DNA from: Nemertoderma westbladi | Taxonomy: Eukaryota; Animalia; Xenacoelomorpha | Direction of reading: 5' to 3' | NCBI GenBank assembly: GCA_032718475.1 | Contig: JAUCBJ010000652.1 | Span: forward strand, 1 to 59,447 | Length of the DNA stretch: 59,447 nucleotides | Shown: in pieces, positions 50,801-59,447 of the stretch | How positions within the stretch are numbered: position 1 is the first letter of the stretch | Layout of the letters: every line of letters starts with the position of its first letter | The notes under the pieces: generated by a model | The model's database searches: none | Told to the model about the DNA's origin: nothing | What the model saw: only the letters and a program-made list of their open reading frames with translations | Program-made: the position numbers and the translations under genes

Positions 50801-53800
50801 CTCTCTATAAAATTATTAATTAAGTGCTCTCTATAAAATTATTAATTAAGTGCTCTCTATAAAATTATTAATTAAGTGCTCTCTATAAAATTATTAATTA
50901 AGTGCTCTCTATAAAATTATTAATTAAGTGCTCTCTACAAAATTATTAATTAAGTGCTCTCTATAAAATTATTAATTAAGTGCTCTCTACAAAATTATTA
51001 ATTAAGTGCTCTCTATAAAATTATTAATTAAGTGCTCTCTATAAAATTATTAATTAAGTGCTCTCTACAAAATTATTAATTAAGTGCTCTCTATAAAATT
51101 ATTAATTAAGTGCTCTCTATAAAATTATTAATTAAGTGCTCTCTACAAAATTATTAATTAAGTGCTCTCTATAAAATTATTAATTAAGTGCTCTCTATAA
51201 AATTATTAATTAAGTGCTCTCTATAAAATTATTAATTAAGTGCTCTCTATAAAATTATTAATTAAGTGCTCTCTACAAAATTATTAATTAAGTGCTCTCT
51301 ATAAAATTATTAATTAAGTGCTCTCTATAAAATTATTAATTAAGTGCTCTCTATAAAATTATTAATTAAGTGCTCTCTATAAAATTATTAATTAAGTGCT
51401 CTCTACAAAATTATTAATTAAGTGCTCTCTATAAAATTATTAATTAAGTGCTCTCTACAAAATTATTAATTAAGTGCTCTCTATAAAATTATTAATTAAG
51501 TGCTCTCTACAAAATTATTAATTAAGTGCTCTCTACAAAATTATTAATTAAGTGCTCTCTATAAAATTATTAATTAAGTGCTCTCTATAAAATTATTAAT
51601 TAAGTGCTCTCTACAAAATTATTAATTAAGTGCTCTCTATAAAATTATTAATTAAGTGCTCTCTACAAAATTATTAATTAAGTGCTCTCTATAAAATTAT
51701 TAATTAAGTGCTCTCTATAAAATTATTAATTAAGTGCTCTCTATAAAATTATTAATTAAGTGCTCTCTATAAAATTATTAATTAAGTGCTCTCTACAAAA
51801 TTATTAATTAAGTGCTCTCTACAAAATTATTAATTAAGTGCTCTCTACAAAATTATTAATTAAGTGCTCTCTACAAAATTATTAATTAAGTGCTCTCTAT
51901 AAAATTATTAATTAAGTGCTCTCTACAAAATTATTAATTAAGTGCTCTCTATAAAATTATTAATTAAGTGCTCTCTACAAAATTATTAATTAAGTGCTCT
52001 CTACAAAATTATTAATTAAGTGCTCTCTATAAAATTATTAATTAAGTGCTCTCTACAAAATTATTAATTAAGTGCTCTCTATAAAATTATTAATTAAGTG
52101 CTCTCTACAAAATTATTAATTAAGTGCTCTCTATAAAATTATTAATTAAGTGCTCTCTACAAAATTATTAATTAAGTGCTCTCTACAAAATTATTAATTA
52201 AGTGCTCTCTACAAAATTATTAATTAAGTGCTCTCTATAAAATTATTAATTAAGTGCTCTCTACAAAATTATTAATTAAGTGCTCTCTATAAAATTATTA
52301 ATTAAGTGCTCTCTACAAAATTATTAATTAAGTGCTCTCTACAAAATTATTAATTAAGTGCTCTCTATAAAATTATTAATTAAGTGCTCTCTATAAAATT
52401 ATTAATTAAGTGCTCTCTACAAAATTATTAATTAAGTGCTCTCTATAAAATTATTAATTAAGTGCTCTCTACAAAATTATTAATTAAGTGCTCTCTATAA
52501 AATTATTAATTAAGTGCTCTCTATAAAATTATTAATTAAGTGCTCTCTATAAAATTATTAATTAAGTGCTCTCTACAAAATTATTAATTAAGTGCTCTCT
52601 ATAAAATTATTAATTAAGTGCTCTCTATAAAATTATTAATTAAGTGCTCTCTACAAAATTATTAATTAAGTGCTCTCTACAAAATTATTAATTAAGTGCT
52701 CTCTATAAAATTATTAATTAAGTGCTCTCTACAAAATTATTAATTAAGTGCTCTCTATAAAATTATTAATTAAGTGCTCTCTACAAAATTATTAATTAAG
52801 TGCTCTCTACAAAATTATTAATTAAGTGCTCTCTACAAAATTATTAATTAAGTGCTCTCTATAAAATTATTAATTAAGTGCTCTCTACAAAATTATTAAT
52901 TAAGTGCTCTCTATAAAATTATTAATTAAGTGCTCTCTACAAAATTATTAATTAAGTGCTCTCTACAAAATTATTAATTAAGTGCTCTCTATAAAATTAT
53001 TAATTAAGTGCTCTCTATAAAATTATTAATTAAGTGCTCTCTACAAAATTATTAATTAAGTGCTCTCTATAAAATTATTAATTAAGTGCTCTCTACAAAA
53101 TTATTAATTAAGTGCTCTCTATAAAATTATTAATTAAGTGCTCTCTATAAAATTATTAATTAAGTGCTCTCTATAAAATTATTAATTAAGTGCTCTCTAC
53201 AAAATTATTAATTAAGTGCTCTCTATAAAATTATTAATTAAGTGCTCTCTATAAAATTATTAATTAAGTGCTCTCTACAAAATTATTAATTAAGTGCTCT
53301 CTATAAAATTATTAATTAAGTGCTCTCTACAAAATTATTAATTAAGTGCTCTCTATAAAATTATTAATTAAGTGCTCTCTATAAAATTATTAATTAAGTG
53401 CTCTCTATAAAATTATTAATTAAGTGCTCTCTACAAAATTATTAATTAAGTGCTCTCTATAAAATTATTAATTAAGTGCTCTCTACAAAATTATTAATTA
53501 AGTGCTCTCTACAAAATTATTAATTAAGTGCTCTCTATAAAATTATTAATTAAGTGCTCTCTATAAAATTATTAATTAAGTGCTCTCTATAAAATTATTA
53601 ATTAAGTGCTCTCTATAAAATTATTAATTAAGTGCTCTCTATAAAATTATTAATTAAGTGCTCTCTACAAAATTATTAATTAAGTGCTCTCTATAAAATT
53701 ATTAATTAAGTGCTCTCTACAAAATTATTAATTAAGTGCTCTCTACAAAATTATTAATTAAGTGCTCTCTACAAAATTATTAATTAAGTGCTCTCTATAA

Positions 53801-56800
53801 AATTATTAATTAAGTGCTCTCTACAAAATTATTAATTAAGTGCTCTCTATAAAATTATTAATTAAGTGCTCTCTACAAAATTATTAATTAAGTGCTCTCT
53901 ATAAAATTATTAATTAAGTGCTCTCTACAAAATTATTAATTAAGTGCTCTCTATAAAATTATTAATTAAGTGCTCTCTATAAAATTATTAATTAAGTGCT
54001 CTCTACAAAATTATTAATTAAGTGCTCTCTATAAAATTATTAATTAAGTGCTCTCTACAAAATTATTAATTAAGTGCTCTCTATAAAATTATTAATTAAG
54101 TGCTCTCTATAAAATTATTAATTAAGTGCTCTCTATAAAATTATTAATTAAGTGCTCTCTATAAAATTATTAATTAAGTGCTCTCTATAAAATTATTAAT
54201 TAAGTGCTCTCTACAAAATTATTAATTAAGTGCTCTCTATAAAATTATTAATTAAGTGCTCTCTACAAAATTATTAATTAAGTGCTCTCTATAAAATTAT
54301 TAATTAAGTGCTCTCTATAAAATTATTAATTAAGTGCTCTCTATAAAATTATTAATTAAGTGCTCTCTACAAAATTATTAATTAAGTGCTCTCTACAAAA
54401 TTATTAATTAAGTGCTCTCTACAAAATTATTAATTAAGTGCTCTCTATAAAATTATTAATTAAGTGCTCTCTATAAAATTATTAATTAAGTGCTCTCTAT
54501 AAAATTATTAATTAAGTGCTCTCTATAAAATTATTAATTAAGTGCTCTCTATAAAATTATTAATTAAGTGCTCTCTACAAAATTATTAATTAAGTGCTCT
54601 CTATAAAATTATTAATTAAGTGCTCTCTACAAAATTATTAATTAAGTGCTCTCTACAAAATTATTAATTAAGTGCTCTCTATAAAATTATTAATTAAGTG
54701 CTCTCTATAAAATTATTAATTAAGTGCTCTCTATAAAATTATTAATTAAGTGCTCTCTACAAAATTATTAATTAAGTGCTCTCTATAAAATTATTAATTA
54801 AGTGCTCTCTACAAAATTATTAATTAAGTGCTCTCTATAAAATTATTAATTAAGTGCTCTCTATAAAATTATTAATTAAGTGCTCTCTATAAAATTATTA
54901 ATTAAGTGCTCTCTATAAAATTATTAATTAAGTGCTCTCTATAAAATTATTAATTAAGTGCTCTCTACAAAATTATTAATTAAGTGCTCTCTATAAAATT
55001 ATTAATTAAGTGCTCTCTACAAAATTATTAATTAAGTGCTCTCTATAAAATTATTAATTAAGTGCTCTCTACAAAATTATTAATTAAGTGCTCTCTACAA
55101 AATTATTAATTAAGTGCTCTCTATAAAATTATTAATTAAGTGCTCTCTATAAAATTATTAATTAAGTGCTCTCTACAAAATTATTAATTAAGTGCTCTCT
55201 ATAAAATTATTAATTAAGTGCTCTCTACAAAATTATTAATTAAGTGCTCTCTATAAAATTATTAATTAAGTGCTCTCTATAAAATTATTAATTAAGTGCT
55301 CTCTATAAAATTATTAATTAAGTGCTCTCTATAAAATTATTAATTAAGTGCTCTCTACAAAATTATTAATTAAGTGCTCTCTATAAAATTATTAATTAAG
55401 TGCTCTCTATAAAATTATTAATTAAGTGCTCTCTATAAAATTATTAATTAAGTGCTCTCTACAAAATTATTAATTAAGTGCTCTCTACAAAATTATTAAT
55501 TAAGTGCTCTCTACAAAATTATTAATTAAGTGCTCTCTACAAAATTATTAATTAAGTGCTCTCTATAAAATTATTAATTAAGTGCTCTCTATAAAATTAT
55601 TAATTAAGTGCTCTCTATAAAATTATTAATTAAGTGCTCTCTACAAAATTATTAATTAAGTGCTCTCTATAAAATTATTAATTAAGTGCTCTCTATAAAA
55701 TTATTAATTAAGTGCTCTCTATAAAATTATTAATTAAGTGCTCTCTATAAAATTATTAATTAAGTGCTCTCTACAAAATTATTAATTAAGTGCTCTCTAT
55801 AAAATTATTAATTAAGTGCTCTCTACAAAATTATTAATTAAGTGCTCTCTACAAAATTATTAATTAAGTGCTCTCTATAAAATTATTAATTAAGTGCTCT
55901 CTATAAAATTATTAATTAAGTGCTCTCTATAAAATTATTAATTAAGTGCTCTCTATAAAATTATTAATTAAGTGCTCTCTATAAAATTATTAATTAAGTG
56001 CTCTCTATAAAATTATTAATTAAGTGCTCTCTATAAAATTATTAATTAAGTGCTCTCTATAAAATTATTAATTAAGTGCTCTCTATAAAATTATTAATTA
56101 AGTGCTCTCTACAAAATTATTAATTAAGTGCTCTCTATAAAATTATTAATTAAGTGCTCTCTATAAAATTATTAATTAAGTGCTCTCTATAAAATTATTA
56201 ATTAAGTGCTCTCTATAAAATTATTAATTAAGTGCTCTCTATAAAATTATTAATTAAGTGCTCTCTATAAAATTATTAATTAAGTGCTCTCTATAAAATT
56301 ATTAATTAAGTGCTCTCTACAAAATTATTAATTAAGTGCTCTCTATAAAATTATTAATTAAGTGCTCTCTACAAAATTATTAATTAAGTGCTCTCTATAA
56401 AATTATTAATTAAGTGCTCTCTACAAAATTATTAATTAAGTGCTCTCTACAAAATTATTAATTAAGTGCTCTCTATAAAATTATTAATTAAGTGCTCTCT
56501 ATAAAATTATTAATTAAGTGCTCTCTATAAAATTATTAATTAAGTGCTCTCTATAAAATTATTAATTAAGTGCTCTCTATAAAATTATTAATTAAGTGCT
56601 CTCTATAAAATTATTAATTAAGTGCTCTCTATAAAATTATTAATTAAGTGCTCTCTATAAAATTATTAATTAAGTGCTCTCTATAAAATTATTAATTAAG
56701 TGCTCTCTACAAAATTATTAATTAAGTGCTCTCTATAAAATTATTAATTAAGTGCTCTCTATAAAATTATTAATTAAGTGCTCTCTATAAAATTATTAAT

Positions 56801-59447
56801 TAAGTGCTCTCTACAAAATTATTAATTAAGTGCTCTCTATAAAATTATTAATTAAGTGCTCTCTATAAAATTATTAATTAAGTGCTCTCTATAAAATTAT
56901 TAATTAAGTGCTCTCTACAAAATTATTAATTAAGTGCTCTCTATAAAATTATTAATTAAGTGCTCTCTATAAAATTATTAATTAAGTGCTCTCTACAAAA
57001 TTATTAATTAAGTGCTCTCTATAAAATTATTAATTAAGTGCTCTCTATAAAATTATTAATTAAGTGCTCTCTATAAAATTATTAATTAAGTGCTCTCTAT
57101 AAAATTATTAATTAAGTGCTCTCTATAAAATTATTAATTAAGTGCTCTCTATAAAATTATTAATTAAGTGCTCTCTATAAAATTATTAATTAAGTGCTCT
57201 CTATAAAATTATTAATTAAGTGCTCTCTATAAAATTATTAATTAAGTGCTCTCTATAAAATTATTAATTAAGTGCTCTCTATAAAATTATTAATTAAGTG
57301 CTCTCTATAAAATTATTAATTAAGTGCTCTCTATAAAATTATTAATTAAGTGCTCTCTATAAAATTATTAATTAAGTGCTCTCTATAAAATTATTAATTA
57401 AGTGCTCTCTATAAAATTATTAATTAAGTGCTCTCTATAAAATTATTAATTAAGTGCTCTCTATAAAATTATTAATTAAGTGCTCTCTATAAAATTATTA
57501 ATTAAGTGCTCTCTATAAAATTATTAATTAAGTGCTCTCTATAAAATTATTAATTAAGTGCTCTCTATAAAATTATTAATTAAGTGCTCTCTATAAAATT
57601 ATTAATTAAGTGCTCTCTATAAAATTATTAATTAAGTGCTCTCTATAAAATTATTAATTAAGTGCTCTCTATAAAATTATTAATTAAGTGCTCTCTATAA
57701 AATTATTAATTAAGTGCTCTCTATAAAATTATTAATTAAGTGCTCTCTATAAAATTATTAATTAAGTGCTCTCTATAAAATTATTAATTAAGTGCTCTCT
57801 ATAAAATTATTAATTAAGTGCTCTCTATAAAATTATTAATTAAGTGCTCTCTATAAAATTATTAATTAAGTGCTCTCTATAAAATTATTAATTAAGTGCT
57901 CTCTATAAAATTATTAATTAAGTGCTCTCTATAAAATTATTAATTAAGTGCTCTCTATAAAATTATTAATTAAGTGCTCTCTATAAAATTATTAATTAAG
58001 TGCTCTCTATAAAATTATTAATTAAGTGCTCTCTATAAAATTATTAATTAAGTGCTCTCTATAAAATTATTAATTAAGTGCTCTCTATAAAATTATTAAT
58101 TAAGTGCTCTCTATAAAATTATTAATTAAGTGCTCTCTATAAAATTATTAATTAAGTGCTCTCTACAAAATTATTAATTAAGTGCTCTCTATAAAATTAT
58201 TAATTAAGTGCTCTCTACAAAATTATTAATTAAGTGCTCTCTATAAAATTATTAATTAAGTGCTCTCTATAAAATTATTAATTAAGTGCTCTCTATAAAA
58301 TTATTAATTAAGTGCTCTCTACAAAATTATTAATTAAGTGCTCTCTATAAAATTATTAATTAAGTGCTCTCTATAAAATTATTAATTAAGTGCTCTCTAT
58401 AAAATTATTAATTAAGTGCTCTCTATAAAATTATTAATTAAGTGCTCTCTATAAAATTATTAATTAAGTGCTCTCTATAAAATTATTAATTAAGTGCTCT
58501 CTATAAAATTATTAATTAAGTGCTCTCTATAAAATTATTAATTAAGTGCTCTCTATAAAATTATTAATTAAGTGCTCTCTATAAAATTATTAATTAAGTG
58601 CTCTCTATAAAATTATTAATTAAGTGCTCTCTATAAAATTATTAATTAAGTGCTCTCTATAAAATTATTAATTAAGTGCTCTCTACAAAATTATTAATTA
58701 AGTGCTCTCTATAAAATTATTAATTAAGTGCTCTCTACAAAATTATTAATTAAGTGCTCTCTATAAAATTATTAATTAAGTGCTCTCTACAAAATTATTA
58801 ATTAAGTGCTCTCTATAAAATTATTAATTAAGTGCTCTCTATAAAATTATTAATTAAGTGCTCTCTATAAAATTATTAATTAAGTGCTCTCTATAAAATT
58901 ATTAATTAAGTGCTCTCTATAAAATTATTAATTAAGTGCTCTCTATAAAATTATTAATTAAGTGCTCTCTATAAAATTATTAATTAAGTGCTCTCTATAA
59001 AATTATTAATTAAGTGCTCTCTATAAAATTATTAATTAAGTGCTCTCTATAAAATTATTAATTAAGTGCTCTCTATAAAATTATTAATTAAGTGCTCTCT
59101 ATAAAATTATTAATTAAGTGCTCTCTATAAAATTATTAATTAAGTGCTCTCTATAAAATTATTAATTAAGTGCTCTCTATAAAATTATTAATTAAGTGCT
59201 CTCTATAAAATTATTAATTAAGTGCTCTCTATAAAATTATTAATTAAGTGCTCTCTATAAAATTATTAATTAAGTGCTCTCTATAAAATTATTAATTAAG
59301 TGCTCTCTATAAAATTATTAATTAAGTGCTCTCTATAAAATTATTAATTAAGTGCTCTCTATAAAATTATTAATTAAGTGCTCTCTACAAAATTATTAAT
59401 TAAGTGCTCTCTATAAAATTATTAATTAAGTGCTCTCTATAAAATTA
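47885..59447. repeat. 26-bp satellite (AGTGCTCTCTAYAAAATTATTAATTA), ~445 units, runs off the window end
   Basis: Register recurs every 780 bp (30 x 26). Essentially one variable site (T/C). Confidence 0.99.

Noticed and set aside
47885-59447. Telomeric or information-encoding array
   Set aside because: It lacks a G-rich telomere motif, and the T/C pattern is explained by unequal exchange of one variant.

Overview
AT-rich, repeat-dense eukaryotic (probably invertebrate metazoan) DNA, with spliceosomal GT-AG exons and no prokaryotic features. About one third is tandem satellite: 19-bp arrays at 5.4-12.3 kb and 20.05-20.76 kb, a 38-bp array at 47.0-47.8 kb, and a 26-bp array from 47.9 kb to the window end. 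Mobile DNA includes a young 11-kb BEL/Pao LTR element (near-identical LTRs, CAATA TSD) that keeps Gag-protease but lacks RT and integrase, a decayed Ty3/Gypsy element, several LINE fragments, and multiple MITE/foldback elements. Both LTR elements have an LTR-complementary sequence instead of a tRNA primer site, suggesting self-priming. The host content is on the minus strand: three paralogous, same-phase exons encoding transmembrane-less R-SNARE-like (synaptobrevin/amisyn/tomosyn-type) motifs, candidate upstream exons, and a separate terminal exon with a C-terminal hydrophobic helix. All calls were made by eye, with no database searches; boundaries of decayed elements are approximate.
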